Source: an uncultured Actinomycetota bacterium (GTDB lineage: Bacteria > Actinomycetota > UBA4738 > HRBIN12). From it: a stretch of DNA of 64,000 bases. Each line of letters opens with the position of its first letter. The stretch's first letter is position 1. Positions 50,218 to 60,692 of the stretch are shown here, piece by piece. The notes beneath the pieces are model-generated. The model saw only the letters and a program-made list of their open reading frames with translations. It did not search any database and was not told the origin of the DNA. A program made the position numbers and the translations under genes. The DNA lies in NCBI GenBank assembly GCA_963702405.1, contig CAVPCM010000011.1:19764-83763 (forward strand). Reading direction: 5' to 3'.

Positions 50218-50945
50218 AGACCGAGCCCCGTCAGCACGCCGGCGAGCGCGGTGTCGAAGGCCTCCGGCGCCTCGAGGTTGGACAGGTGGCCGGCGCCCTC
50301 GATCCGGAGCAGTTCCGCCCCGCCGACGCCGTCGGCGATGCCCGCCGTGACGTCGGGGGGATCAGGCGATCCTCCGAACCGGTGATCACCAGCGTGGGCA
50401 CGTCGATCGTCGCGAGGTCCTGCACCGAGTCAGGCCGCTCGGCCATCCCGAGCGAGGCCGCCGCGATCGCGTTCGGGGTCTGCTCCGCCGATCCATCCCC
50501 GCACGCGCTCGCGGAGCTCCGCCGGAGCATCCTCCCGGAGCAGGGGCGGGGGTTCGTCGACCAGGAACCCGTGGCCCTCGGTCCGCAGCCGCTCGGCCAG
50601 CTCCCGGCGCTTCGCGGCGGCCTCGGGCTGGTCGGCCTCGGCCTTCGTGTTCGCCAGCACCAGAGCGGCGACACGCGGCCGCGCAGCCCTCCACAGCTCG
50701 AACGCCACGTACCCACCCATCGACAGGCCGCACACGACCGCGGTGTCGACGCCGGCCTCGTCGAGCGCTCCGAGGCACCGGTCCGCCGCGGCGGCCATCG
50801 TGAGGACATCCGGGCCCTCGGTGGAACCGAAGCCGGGAAGGTGCGGGGCGACCAGCGGGAGCCGGGCGCCCAACGAGCCGAGCTGCGGTTCCCACAGCCG
50901 CGCGTCGAGAGGGAAGGCATGGATCAGCAGGAGGCCCGTCGTCAT
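50218..50945 (-). pseudogene. alpha/beta hydrolase (proline-iminopeptidase-like) with two apparent frameshifts
   Basis: N-terminus LLLIHAFPLDARLWEPQL..GLSMGGYVA (nucleophile elbow) in one frame, middle in a second frame, C-terminus VPTLVITGSEDRLIPP / DVTAGIADGVGGAELLRIEGAGHLSNLEAPEAF in a third. Shifts lie at G6 (50355-50360) and C4 (50497-50500) runs. Confidence 0.6.
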
Positions 50946-50949
50946 GGGG

Positions 50950-51864
50950 TCACCGTACGGCCTTGGCGTCCGGACCGACCACCACGGCGAGCGCGCCGGG
51001 CCGGATCTCGAAGATCGCGGGCAACGGTCCGATCGGCTCCCCGTCCGCGTAGACCAGCACACGCCGGTTCGCTTCCACCTCCACCTTCGTCCCGGTGCGC
51101 ATCGTGACCTTGGGGTGCGTGGTGTGCGACCCGATGAAGACGCGGGGGAACGCTCGGAGGAACGCGGCCTTGGAGAGCGCCTGCACGATGCAGACGTCCA
51201 GGAGTCCGTCGTTCATGAGGGCGTCCGGAAGGACCCGCATGCCCCCACCGGTCCAGCGGCCGCTCCCGACCTCGACGAGCATCGCGTCACTCTCGATCCG
51301 CTCATCGTCGACCGTCACGACGAACGCGGCCGGGGAGAACCTGGAGAGCGTCTTGACCAGGGCGGCGACGTACGTGCCCGTCGCACCCAGCTTGATCGTC
51401 ATCCCGTTCGCGGTCTCGTTCACCTCGGAGTCGAACCCGGCGCCGGCGATGTTGAGGAAGCTCCTCGTGACGACGCCCGCGGTGACCTCGATCACGTCGA
51501 GGTCCGCGGTCTTCGGGTCGGCGAGCAGTTCGATCGCGGTCCGGAGCTTCCCCGCGCCGATCGCCTTCGCGAAGTCGTCGCCGGTGCCGGCCGGCAGGGC
51601 CGCCAGGGCCGTTCCCGTCCCGAGGATCCCGTTCGCGGCGAGCGAGGCCGTCCCATCGCCTCCGAGCGCCGCCACGATCCTCGCCCCGTCCTCCGAGGCG
51701 GCCCGAGCCAGACGCTCCACGTCGGGGCCCGACTCGGAGACGCGGATCTCGTGCGCCACGCCGAGCCGGCGCAGTGCGGTCGTGACCGAGCCGATCAGCT
51801 TCCCCGCTTTCCCGTGGCCGGCCGCGGGGTTCGCGACCACCACCAGGTCCGGTGCGCCGGCCAT
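50950..51864 (-). CDS. diacylglycerol-kinase-catalytic-domain lipid kinase (canonical GGDGT)
   Basis: LVVVANPAAGHGKAG...AALGGDGTAS. Confidence 0.75.
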   Translation of the reverse strand: MAGAPDLVVVANPAAGHGKAGKLIGSVTTALRRLGVAHEIRVSESGPDVERLARAASEDGARIVAALGGDGTASLAANGILGTGTALAALPAGTGDDFAKAIGAGKLRTAIELLADPKTADLDVIEVTAGVVTRSFLNIAGAGFDSEVNETANGMTIKLGATGTYVAALVKTLSRFSPAAFVVTVDDERIESDAMLVEVGSGRWTGGGMRVLPDALMNDGLLDVCIVQALSKAAFLRAFPRVFIGSHTTHPKVTMRTGTKVEVEANRRVLVYADGEPIGPLPAIFEIRPGALAVVVGPDAKAVR

Positions 51865-51870
51865 GCGCTG

Positions 51871-52596
51871 CTACGAGCCCGGCAGACCCGGGAGGGCCGG
51901 CTGCTGCGGGTTGATCCCGGCGCCGCTGAGCGCCTCGACGTGGTGGGTCTGGAAGCGGGCCATCGCGGCGTCCGACTCGGCGAGCAACGACTGCGCGCGG
52001 TCGAGCACGCCGGCCCGGTCGGCGACGTCGAGACGCGCGGCGGTCACGCCGAGGAGTGCGGCTTCGCGGATCAACGTGAGCGACGTGAGCAGCTCGTCCC
52101 TCGCCGAGAGGAATCGGAGCACCTGACCCTTGTCGAAGCCCTTGCCCGTGAGCGAGCTCGAGAGGTCGTAGGACTCGATCGCACCCGAAACCTCCTTCGC
52201 GCCCGCGGCCGCGCCCTGCAGGGCTCCGACGGCATCCGCAGGGGTGCGCTCCTCCAGCTCGGTGAGGGTGGTCCGCACCTCCGGGAGGACGACGGGAGGC
52301 GAGCCTTCCTGCACCGTCCCGATCGTTCCCACCTCGGTCTCGATCAAGGACTTCCAGGAGGCGCCGGCGCGCCGGCGGAGGAGGTCTTGCTCCTCCGCCC
52401 GCGTGGTCCGGTCCTGGGCGCGGAGCCCGTTCGTGAGCCAGACGCCGCCCCAGAAGACCAGCAGGCCGGCCAGGAACGCGGCCAGAGCCTGGACCCCTCG
52501 CCGCCGCAGGAACGGCACCGGGACCGGGACAGGGCCGCGCCGAGGCGCGCGCACCGGTTGCCTCGTCTTCGTCCGTCCCTTGCCCTTGATCGCCAT
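51871..52596 (-). CDS. hypothetical membrane-anchored protein
   Basis: Single N-terminal TM helix (ALAAFLAGLLVFWGGVWL). No recognisable domain. Confidence 0.45.
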   Translation of the reverse strand: MAIKGKGRTKTRQPVRAPRRGPVPVPVPFLRRRGVQALAAFLAGLLVFWGGVWLTNGLRAQDRTTRAEEQDLLRRRAGASWKSLIETEVGTIGTVQEGSPPVVLPEVRTTLTELEERTPADAVGALQGAAAGAKEVSGAIESYDLSSSLTGKGFDKGQVLRFLSARDELLTSLTLIREAALLGVTAARLDVADRAGVLDRAQSLLAESDAAMARFQTHHVEALSGAGINPQQPALPGLPGS

Positions 52597-52606
52597 CGTC
52601 TCGTCC

Positions 52607-53389
52607 TTATCGCTTCAGCAAACGGCTGACGATGATAGCGCCCTCGTAGAAGAGGTAGAGCGGGATCAACAGCGCGAGCATCGAGATCGGGTCGGGACTC
52701 GGCGTGATCACCGCGGCGAAGATCGCGAGGGCGAGGATGACCTGGCGCCGGTACTTGCGCATCGTCTCGCTGGTGAGGACCCCGGCCGCGGAGAGCGAGA
52801 TGAGCAGGACCGGGAACTCGAACCCGAGCCCGAACGCGAGGATCGTGAAGATCACGAAGCCGATGTACTTGTCGACGGTCAGCAACGGGCTGACGAAGTC
52901 GCCCCCCACGCCGAGGAGGAAGTACAGGGCCTTCGGGAGCGTCAGGAACGCGGCCAGGGCTCCGAGGAGGAACAGCACGACGGAGAGCGCCACGAACGGT
53001 ATCGCCCACTTGCGCTCCCGCGCCGTGAGGCCGGGGACGATGAAGGCCCAGAGCTGATACAAGATCACCGGCAAGGCCACCAGGAGCGCCAGGAATATGA
53101 CCACCTTCACGGTGATCAGGAAGCCGTCGATCGCCCCGAGGAAGATGAGCGAACATCCCTGTTGCTCGAACGGAGCCTTGTCGGGATTCTCTCGGAGGAA
53201 GTCGCAGTAGGGGCTCTTGATGAGCTCCATCACCGGGTTGTAGAGGAAGATTCCGACGATCGACCCCCCGATCAACGCCCACAGGACCACGATCAATCGA
53301 TGACGGAGCTCCCTGAGGTGGTCCATCAACGACATCGAGCCCTCGCGCTGCTCGGGGGTCTTCCGGCGCCACCTCGGGAGGGTCCTCAT
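52607..53389 (-). CDS. tatC: twin-arginine translocase subunit TatC
   Basis: Six-TM TatC pattern (LMDHLRELRHRL...). Start overlaps the tatA stop (ATGA). Alternative start at 53335. Confidence 0.88.
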   Translation of the reverse strand: MRTLPRWRRKTPEQREGSMSLMDHLRELRHRLIVVLWALIGGSIVGIFLYNPVMELIKSPYCDFLRENPDKAPFEQQGCSLIFLGAIDGFLITVKVVIFLALLVALPVILYQLWAFIVPGLTARERKWAIPFVALSVVLFLLGALAAFLTLPKALYFLLGVGGDFVSPLLTVDKYIGFVIFTILAFGLGFEFPVLLISLSAAGVLTSETMRKYRRQVILALAIFAAVITPSPDPISMLALLIPLYLFYEGAIIVSRLLKR

Positions 53390-53880
53390 GGGTCCGGTGT
53401 CGACTCGGGGTCGGGTGGTGTGTCCTCGGAGGTGTGGGTGTCACCGGAGGCGTCGCCGGACGCGGGGGTGGTCCCGCCGTCCTCCACGAGCCGGTCGGCG
53501 GGTGGTCCCGCCGCTTCGGTTGGCTCGGCCGGAGTCGCGGCCGGGGTCGAGGAACGACCGACAGGCTTCGAGCGTGGGGCGTGGGGCGTACGGAGCGCGG
53601 CGGTCTCGTCCCGGATCGTCCGTTCGGCCCGGCGGACGGCGCCTTTCACGTCGGTCGCCCGCTTGATGCCGCCGGTGGCCTGACGGAACTCATCCGCCGC
53701 TTGCCGCATGTCGTCGTCGACCCCCGACGACACCATGTCGCGGACCTCGTCTTGGACCTCCCGGAACTGGCGGAGCACGCGGCCGACCGAACGGGCGAGC
53801 TCGGGCAGGCGTTCCGGCCCCACCACGATCAGTGCTACGGCGAGGACGACGAGGAGCTCGAGGGGTCCTACGTTGAGCAT
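53386..53880 (-). CDS. tatA: twin-arginine translocase protein TatA/TatB with long acidic tail
   Basis: MLNVGPLELLVVLAVALIVVGPERLPELARSVGRVLRQFR. Confidence 0.8.
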   Translation of the reverse strand: MLNVGPLELLVVLAVALIVVGPERLPELARSVGRVLRQFREVQDEVRDMVSSGVDDDMRQAADEFRQATGGIKRATDVKGAVRRAERTIRDETAALRTPHAPRSKPVGRSSTPAATPAEPTEAAGPPADRLVEDGGTTPASGDASGDTHTSEDTPPDPESTPDP

Positions 53881-53908
53881 CGGTCTCGGGACGTGCCCGG
53901 CAGCGAGT

Positions 53909-54157
53909 CTATCGGGGACCCCTGCGGCGGGCGGACGCCCCGTGAGGGGACGCGCGCTCCGAGAGGCGGGATGCCGTGTCGGCGGCCCGCGCCGAGGCGG
54001 CGGCCACCTCATCGGCGATCGGCTGGAGCTCCTCCTGCATCCGCCCGGCGGTCCGCCCGAGCAGGATCACGTGGCGAACGAGGAACCCCAGCATCACGAG
54101 CAGGGCGACGGTGGTCACGAGACCGACCACGAGCCAGACGACGAGCCAGGCTTCCAC
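53909..54157 (-). CDS. putative small membrane protein
   Basis: GTG start. One TM helix. Coding-like GC3 usage. No RBS seen. Confidence 0.3.
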   Translation of the reverse strand: MEAWLVVWLVVGLVTTVALLVMLGFLVRHVILLGRTAGRMQEELQPIADEVAAASARAADTASRLSERASPHGASARRRGPR

Positions 54158-54211
54158 GTCAGGGATGCTACCGGGCGAACGCGGGAGGATGCGGTCCCGA
54201 CGAGGCGGGAA

Positions 54212-54589
54212 CTACGACTCTTCCGAGCCGGCCAGGAACTCCTTGAGGTAGTGCTCGTCCTCGAGGAGGAAGTGGAACTCGATCACGTCGTCGATCGAGA
54301 ACGCGGGACCGTCCATCGCGTGTTCGAGCGGCTCGACGGCCTCCATGGGCTCCTGATCGAAGAGGCTCTCGCTCATCTCCGCGCTCCCTCTCGGTTCGAG
54401 ATCCACGCCGGCGGACACGAGCAGGGCCACGATCTTGCGATCGGCCCGCTTCTCGACGGCGTCGTCACAGCGAGGGCACGTGAAGCGGTAGCTCCCCTCC
54501 CGGCCGCTGGAACGGACCGAGAGCGAGATCGCTTCGGGGCCCATGTCGACCTCTCCGCAGCGGGGGCATGTCGTCCGGATGGTGGTCAT
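54212..54589 (-). CDS. small zinc-ribbon protein (CPRC...CPRC), acidic C-terminus
   Basis: MTTIRTTCPRCGEV...RFTCPRCDD. Confidence 0.45.
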   Translation of the reverse strand: MTTIRTTCPRCGEVDMGPEAISLSVRSSGREGSYRFTCPRCDDAVEKRADRKIVALLVSAGVDLEPRGSAEMSESLFDQEPMEAVEPLEHAMDGPAFSIDDVIEFHFLLEDEHYLKEFLAGSEES

Positions 54590-54662
54590 CTCACGACAGC
54601 TATCGGCCCTCCGACGACGCGGCTTGAGGCTCGCGAGCGTTGTCGGGGCTAGACCCGTCTGA

Positions 54663-55643
54663 CTAGGTCTTGTGGCCGTAGCCCGCGAGGGTCTCGCGGG
54701 CGAGCCGCCGCACCTCGTCCCGGAGCTCGGCGGGCTCGACGACCTCGGCATCGTCCCCGACGCGGACCAGCAGCCGCGCGACCCAGCCGAGCTGACGTGC
54801 CGGAAGCGTCGCCTCGACTCCCCCGTCGTCCCGTTCCTCGAGCTCGGTCGTGGCGTAGTACTCCGCGATCCAGCGCGCCGCCGGTCGCAGTCGCAGGCGC
54901 ACGGATACGTCCTCCCCGGTCGGCGAATACAGGTCTCGTCCCGCTCCCCGCAAGCCGCGCGGCACGAACGTCTCGCCGGTCGGCGCTGCGCTCCGGACCC
55001 GATCCGCGCGGAAGAGACGCTCGGCGTCCGCGTCCACGTCCCAGGCGGCCACGTACCAATGCCCCATCCCCGAGAAGACCTCCTCGGGATCGATCTCGCG
55101 ATGGCTCCACTCCCCCGTCGACGCCGCGAAGTAGTCGATCGACAGTCGTTCGTGTTCGCGCGCGGCCGCTCGCAGGAGCTCCAGGTGCTCCGGCGCTCGT
55201 CCCCGTCGCGCGATCTCGATGCGTCCCTCCGCCTCCCGCAGCGCGTCCGCGCCCAGGGAGCGCTGCAGCTTCTCCAACGCCTTCGCGAGGGCAGGGGCGT
55301 CGGGCATCCCCGGCAGGGCGAGGAGCTCCGTCCCGCGGAGGTAGACGGCGAGCGCCTCGATCCTCGTCAGCTGAAGGGGTCGAGAGAAGTGGTCGGCCAT
55401 CGAGATCCAGATGTGGCCGTCCTCGTCCACGTCGACGTCGATCAGGTCACCCGGGCCGTACGGAGGGAGGCCCGACATGAACAGGAGGTCGAGATCGCGC
55501 CGCAGCTGGCCGGGCGCCACGCCGAACGCCGTCGCGACGTCGTCCAGCGCGGAGCCGGGGTGCTGCACGAGGTACGGCACGATCGCGAGCATCCTCCCGA
55601 GCCGGTCCGACGTCTTGGGAACGCTCCGTTTGCGTTCAGCCAA
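54663..55643 (-). CDS. pafC: proteasome accessory factor PafC (HTH-WYL)
   Basis: HTH N-terminus and WYL-type middle domain. Position after pafB. Confidence 0.8.
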   Translation of the reverse strand: MAERKRSVPKTSDRLGRMLAIVPYLVQHPGSALDDVATAFGVAPGQLRRDLDLLFMSGLPPYGPGDLIDVDVDEDGHIWISMADHFSRPLQLTRIEALAVYLRGTELLALPGMPDAPALAKALEKLQRSLGADALREAEGRIEIARRGRAPEHLELLRAAAREHERLSIDYFAASTGEWSHREIDPEEVFSGMGHWYVAAWDVDADAERLFRADRVRSAAPTGETFVPRGLRGAGRDLYSPTGEDVSVRLRLRPAARWIAEYYATTELEERDDGGVEATLPARQLGWVARLLVRVGDDAEVVEPAELRDEVRRLARETLAGYGHKT

Positions 55644-56598
55644 GGAGCGCCTCCAGCCGGGCGATGACGGTGTCCCGCAGCGAGGCCGGGGATCGGACGA
55701 CGGCGTCGGGGCCGTACTCCAGCAGCATCGCGGCGAACGCCTCTTCGTCGGCCATCGGGATCTCCATCACGACCCGGCCGTCCCCGTCGACACCGACGTC
55801 CGTGGCCCCAGGGAACTGGGACGCCGCGAACCAGGCGCGGTCCGGCGAGAAGAGGATCACCGCTCGATCGTCCCCCGACGCGACCCACGGACCGGCATCC
55901 ACGTGGTCCGCGGCTCGGAAGTCCGTGGGCGGCGCGGATCCGTCGCCGGCGTCGGTCACCTCTCCCACGATCCGGGAGAGTCGGAAGGCGCGGACGTCGT
56001 CCCGCTCCCGGTCGTGGCCGACCAGGTACCAATGGCCCGCGCGGAACACCATCGCCCAGGCGTCGACGTCGCGGTCGCCCGTCCTCCCCTGCGACGTGCG
56101 GTACGTGAAGGAGATCCGGCGGAGCGCCTGGGTCGCCTCGGCCACCGCGTGGACCAGGTTGCTCCGCGCGTCGGACCCGGAGGCGAGCGGTCCCCCGCCC
56201 AGGCCGGCCAGCACGCCTCCGTCGGCCCCGTACAGGAGCTTGCGGGCTCCGCTCTCCGCTGCCTCGTCCTGGCCCCCGCTCTGCGCGGCCACGAGCAACG
56301 CGACCAGCTCACCCGGCTCGAACTCGATCTCGGGGAGGTAGTACTTCTCCTTCGGGATCACGTAGCCCTGCTCCGTCCCCCAGACGTCGACGTCCACGAG
56401 CTCGAGGGGCACGCCGTACTCGCGGAGCACGTCCTTGTCGCGCTCGAACATCCGCTTCGCGCTGTCCGGGTTGGCCTGTCCGTACGGCTCCAGGACCTGC
56501 CGGATCTGCTCGAACGTGAGGGGCCGCGGGGTCTCGAGGAGGAGGCCGACGAGGTTCAGCAGGCGCTCGAGTGGCTCCGCGCGGTCGCCCTCCCCCAT
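55636..56598 (-). CDS. pafB: proteasome accessory factor PafB (HTH-WYL)
   Basis: LERLLNLVGLLLETPRPLTFEQI HTH and WYL domain. Start chosen at MGEGDRAEP. Overlaps pafC by 8 nt. Confidence 0.8.
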   Translation of the reverse strand: MGEGDRAEPLERLLNLVGLLLETPRPLTFEQIRQVLEPYGQANPDSAKRMFERDKDVLREYGVPLELVDVDVWGTEQGYVIPKEKYYLPEIEFEPGELVALLVAAQSGGQDEAAESGARKLLYGADGGVLAGLGGGPLASGSDARSNLVHAVAEATQALRRISFTYRTSQGRTGDRDVDAWAMVFRAGHWYLVGHDRERDDVRAFRLSRIVGEVTDAGDGSAPPTDFRAADHVDAGPWVASGDDRAVILFSPDRAWFAASQFPGATDVGVDGDGRVVMEIPMADEEAFAAMLLEYGPDAVVRSPASLRDTVIARLEALLG

Positions 56599-56644
56599 CG
56601 TTGCGGCATCATATCGACGCCATGCTCTCCGACCGGAACGACCC

Positions 56645-57739
56645 GTGATCCACATCCGCCGAGGGGTCGTCCTCGACGTCACGGCGACCCGGCAAGGAGC
56701 CCAGGAGCTCCGGGTCGAGATCGGAGGCGAGGTGGCGCCCGCGGTGGCGTACCCCGCGATGAGCGGCGACGTGGTGCCGGGGGACGCCGTGATCCTCAAC
56801 ACGACGGCGGTGGATCTCGGGCTGGGGACGGGCGGCGTGCATCTGGTCATCGCGGTCGAAGGGCGGGAGGCCGCCGCGGAGACGCCGCCCGGCCAGGTGA
56901 TGAAGGCCAGGTACACGCCACTCCAGACGGCGGTCGCGAGCGTCGAGGAGTCGCACTCGACGCTCCTGGAGGCGTCGCAGGGTCTCGCCCAGACGCCGGT
57001 GGTCTGTGCGCCGCTGCACTCGATGATCGCGCCGATCGCGGCAGGCGCGAAGCGCGCGTCGGACGCACGGGTCGTCTACCTGATGACGGATGGCGCGGCC
57101 CTCCCCGGCGGGTTCTCCCGGCTCGTGGACGAGCTCCGCGCCGTCGGTCTGCTCGATGGCTGGATCACGTGCGGGCAGGCCTTCGGGGGCGAGCTCGAGG
57201 CGGTCACGGTGTGGTCCGGGTTGCTCGCGGCGAAGGAGCTGCTCGAGGCCGAGGTGATCGTGGTCGCCGACGGTCCGGGGAACCTGGGAACCGATACGAC
57301 CTGGGGTGTGAGCGCGCTCGCGAGCGGCCACGCGCTGATGGCCGCCGCGACCTTGGGCGGGCGGCCGATCCCCGCGCTCCGCGTGAGCTTCGCCGACGAA
57401 CGCGAGCGCCACCGGGCCGTCTCCCATCATTCGCTGACGATCCTGGCCGACGTCTGCAAGGTCGACGTCAACGTGCCGGTGCCCGTCCTGGAGGACGAGG
57501 CGCAACGGGCCGCGATCCGGGGGTCGCTCCGCTCGCGGAAGCTGGAGGAGACCCATCAGCTCGTCGAGGTCGATGGACAGCCGGCGCTGGAGGAGCTCCG
57601 CGCCCGCGACCTCGATGTGCGCACGATGGGACGCGGGATCGACGACGATCCCGCGTTCTTCCTCGCGGCGGGGGCGGCCGGTGTCCTCGCCGGCCGGCTG
57701 GCCGCCGAGAACCGCCGATGGCATCGGCCGGTCGACTGA
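56645..57739 (+). CDS. conserved hypothetical protein (DUF3866-like)
   Basis: About 364 aa. GTG start. No catalytic motif recognised. Opposite strand, inserted between pafA and pafBC. Confidence 0.5.
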   Translation: MIHIRRGVVLDVTATRQGAQELRVEIGGEVAPAVAYPAMSGDVVPGDAVILNTTAVDLGLGTGGVHLVIAVEGREAAAETPPGQVMKARYTPLQTAVASVEESHSTLLEASQGLAQTPVVCAPLHSMIAPIAAGAKRASDARVVYLMTDGAALPGGFSRLVDELRAVGLLDGWITCGQAFGGELEAVTVWSGLLAAKELLEAEVIVVADGPGNLGTDTTWGVSALASGHALMAAATLGGRPIPALRVSFADERERHRAVSHHSLTILADVCKVDVNVPVPVLEDEAQRAAIRGSLRSRKLEETHQLVEVDGQPALEELRARDLDVRTMGRGIDDDPAFFLAAGAAGVLAGRLAAENRRWHRPVD

Positions 57740-57770
57740 TCCGCCGCCGTCCGCTCCCGAGCGGCGTCCC

Positions 57771-59129
57771 TCACATGTGCGCGATCAGCTGCTCCACGCG
57801 TTCGTCGACCGACTTGAACGGATCCTTGCAGAGCACCGTCCGCTGCGCCTGATCGTTCAGCTTCAGGTGCACCCAGTCGACGGTGTAGTCGCGACGCTTC
57901 GCCTTGGCCTGCCGGATGAAGTCACCTCGCAGCTTCGCCCTCGTCGTCTGTGGTGGCTCGCGCATCGCCTTCGAGATATCGCTCTCCGCCGCGACGCGAT
58001 CCACCTTGCCCGCCTTCTCCAGGAGGTAGTACAGGCCTCTGCCCCGGTTCACGTCGTGATACGTGAGGTCGAGCAGGGCCACCCTCGGCGAGGCGAGGGA
58101 GAGGTCGTGCTTCTCCATGTAGCGCTCGATCACCATCCGCTTGGTGACCCAGTCGACCTTGCGTACCAACCGTTCCGGGGCGCCCTCCGCCAGCGCCTCG
58201 AGAGCCTCGCCCCACTCGTAGAGGAGCTTCTTCGATGCGTCGTCGGTTCCCCGCCGCTCGAGGAAACGCGAGGTCTTCTCGAAGTACTCCTGCTGCATCT
58301 CGATCGCGGACAACTCCCTGCCGTTCGCGAGCTTCACCTTCCGCGTGCCGGTGGTGTCGTGGCTGATCTCCCGGATCGCGCGGATCGGGTTCTCGAGGGT
58401 GAGATCCCGCATCACCGTGTTGCCCTCGACCATCCTGAGGACGAGGTCGGTGATGCCGACCTTGAGGTAGCTGGTCCATTCGCTCATGTTCGAATCACCG
58501 ACGATCACGTGGAGACGGCGGAACCGCTCGGCGTCCGCGTGCGGCTCGTCGCGCGTGTTGATGATCGGCCTCGACCGGGTCGTCGCCGAGGAGACGCCCT
58601 CCCAGATGTGTTCCGCCCTCTGGGAGATGCAGTACTGAGCACCCCTCGGCCCATGCAGCACTTTCCCTGCGCCACACCAGATCTGGCGGGTCACGAAGTA
58701 CGGGATCAGGACATCGGCCATCCGAGCGAACTCCCCGTGCCGGGCCACCAGGTAGTTCTCGTGGCAACCGTAGGAGTTGCCCGCCGAGTCGGTGTTGTTC
58801 TTGAAGAGGTAGACCTGGCCGGAGATGCCCTCCTCGTGGAGCCGGAGCTCGGCGGCGCCGAGGAGCGCCTCGAGGATCCGCTCCCCCGCCTTGTCGTGGG
58901 CCACGAGCTCCTCGACGTCGTCGCATTCGGGCGTCGCGTACTCCGGATGCGACCCGACATCGAGGTACAGCCGCGCGCCGTTCTCGAGGAACACGTTCGA
59001 CGAGCGGCCCCAGTGCACCACCCGGCGGAAGAGATAGCGCGCCACCTCATCCGGCGAGAGCCGGCGCTGCCCGCGGAACGTGCAGGTCACGCCGTACTCG
59101 TTCTCGAGGCCGAAGATCCTGCGCTCCAT
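57771..59129 (-). CDS. pafA: Pup--protein ligase PafA
   Basis: [10 protein letters not shown]...[16 protein letters not shown]...[19 protein letters not shown]. Confidence 0.92.
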   Translation of the reverse strand: MERRIFGLENEYGVTCTFRGQRRLSPDEVARYLFRRVVHWGRSSNVFLENGARLYLDVGSHPEYATPECDDVEELVAHDKAGERILEALLGAAELRLHEEGISGQVYLFKNNTDSAGNSYGCHENYLVARHGEFARMADVLIPYFVTRQIWCGAGKVLHGPRGAQYCISQRAEHIWEGVSSATTRSRPIINTRDEPHADAERFRRLHVIVGDSNMSEWTSYLKVGITDLVLRMVEGNTVMRDLTLENPIRAIREISHDTTGTRKVKLANGRELSAIEMQQEYFEKTSRFLERRGTDDASKKLLYEWGEALEALAEGAPERLVRKVDWVTKRMVIERYMEKHDLSLASPRVALLDLTYHDVNRGRGLYYLLEKAGKVDRVAAESDISKAMREPPQTTRAKLRGDFIRQAKAKRRDYTVDWVHLKLNDQAQRTVLCKDPFKSVDERVEQLIAHM

Positions 59130-59138
59130 GGAACGAGT

Positions 59139-59897
59139 CTAGGCCAGCCCGTGATCCCGCAGTGAAGATCCGAGGTGCGTCCGGCTTCGGCGAGGCCGAA
59201 GGGCCCTGCTCAGCCGGCGAGGAAGCCGGCGATCTCGTCGTCCGTCGAGCCTGCGGAACTTGCGACGTCGGCTCTGACTGCGCTCGAGCACGCCCGATTC
59301 GATGTGGTCGTGCTCGATCGTGCGCTGGTCGGGAGCGCCCAACACCTGCACGGCGGCCTTCACCGCCGTGGCGAGGTCCCATCCGGCGTTGTACCGCTCC
59401 TTCAGCTCCTCGGTGAGGTCGTCCGCGTGACCCCCGATCGCGACGAACCCGTGCTCGTCGGTCACGCTCCCGTCGAACAGGACGTGATAGATCGACGTGC
59501 CGTCGACCTCGCCGTTCACCTCACCCACGAGGATCTCCACCTCGTAGGGCTTCATCTGTTGCGTGAAGATCGTCGACAGCGCCTGCGAGTACGCGTTCGC
59601 GAGGTCCCGCGCCTTCACGTCCTCCCGACCGTAGGAGTACCCGCGGAGGTCCGCCAGCCGGATGCCGGCGATCCGCAGGTCCTCGAACTCGCTGTACTTC
59701 CCGACACCCGCGAACGCGATCCGATCGTAGATCTCGCTGATCTTGTGCAGGGTGGCGCTCGGGTTCTCGGCGATGAACAAGAGGCCGTCGGCGAACTCGA
59801 GGCCGATCACGGAGCGCCCCCGCGCGATCCCCTTGTGGGCGTACTCCGACCGATCCTTCATCAGCTGATCGGGCGAGACGTAGGGCATGAACGACAT
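59139..59897 (-). CDS. prcA: 20S proteasome alpha subunit
   Basis: MSFMPYVSPDQLMKDRSEYA...GVGKYSEFE. Confidence 0.9.
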   Translation of the reverse strand: MSFMPYVSPDQLMKDRSEYAHKGIARGRSVIGLEFADGLLFIAENPSATLHKISEIYDRIAFAGVGKYSEFEDLRIAGIRLADLRGYSYGREDVKARDLANAYSQALSTIFTQQMKPYEVEILVGEVNGEVDGTSIYHVLFDGSVTDEHGFVAIGGHADDLTEELKERYNAGWDLATAVKAAVQVLGAPDQRTIEHDHIESGVLERSQSRRRKFRRLDGRRDRRLPRRLSRALRPRRSRTHLGSSLRDHGLA

Positions 59898-60692
59898 CTA
59901 GGCCCTCGCCTCCAGCACGGCTCGGACGGCGTTCGCGACGTCCTCGTCGGTGGACTCCGCCGCGCCCAGGGCCGTCACCGTGACGACCACCGGGAAGATG
60001 CCTCTCGCGAGGTCGGGGCCGCCCGTCGCCACATCGTCCTCGGCCGCATCGATCAGCGCCTCGGCCGCAACGCGGAGCGCCTCCTCGTGGGTCAGCCCGG
60101 GTCTCCACCGCTTCTTCAGGGAGTTCTTCGCGGGCTGCGCCCCCGAGCCGGTCGCCTGATAGTCCTCTTCCTCCCAGCGTCCCCCGGTGGCGTCGTAGTA
60201 GAAGAGCCGGCCCTCGCTCCTCGCGACGTCGTAGCCGCCGAAGAGCGGGACCACCACGAGCCCCTGCATCGCGAGCGGGAAGTTGGCGCGGATCATCTGC
60301 GCGAGCCGGTTCGCCTTGCCTTCCAGTGACAGGCGATCCCCGGTGAGCTTCTCGTAGTGCTCGAGCTCGAGCTGGAACAGCCGGACGGTCTCGACGGCCT
60401 GGCCGGCCGCACCGGCGATCGCGATCGCGGAGAAGTCGTCGGCGGCGAACACCTTCTTCATCTTCGCGTCCGCGATCGTGTAGCCGGCCGTCGCTCGACG
60501 GTCTCCGGCCATGACGATGCCGTCCGCGAACCGCAATCCCAGGACGGTCGTGCCCTGGGCGACCTCCAAGGGCCCGCTCATCTGGAGCGACGACGGGAGC
60601 GCCTCGGGATGCTGACGACGAAGGAGCTCGACGAAGCTGGGGTCGGCGCCGAACGAAGCTCCCGACAGCGGGAGCTCGACCCGATCGGTCAC
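59898..60692 (-). CDS. prcB: 20S proteasome beta subunit (with propeptide)
   Basis: Propeptide then catalytic TTVLGLRFADGIVMAGDRRAT. Confidence 0.9.
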   Translation of the reverse strand: MTDRVELPLSGASFGADPSFVELLRRQHPEALPSSLQMSGPLEVAQGTTVLGLRFADGIVMAGDRRATAGYTIADAKMKKVFAADDFSAIAIAGAAGQAVETVRLFQLELEHYEKLTGDRLSLEGKANRLAQMIRANFPLAMQGLVVVPLFGGYDVARSEGRLFYYDATGGRWEEEDYQATGSGAQPAKNSLKKRWRPGLTHEEALRVAAEALIDAAEDDVATGGPDLARGIFPVVVTVTALGAAESTDEDVANAVRAVLEARA

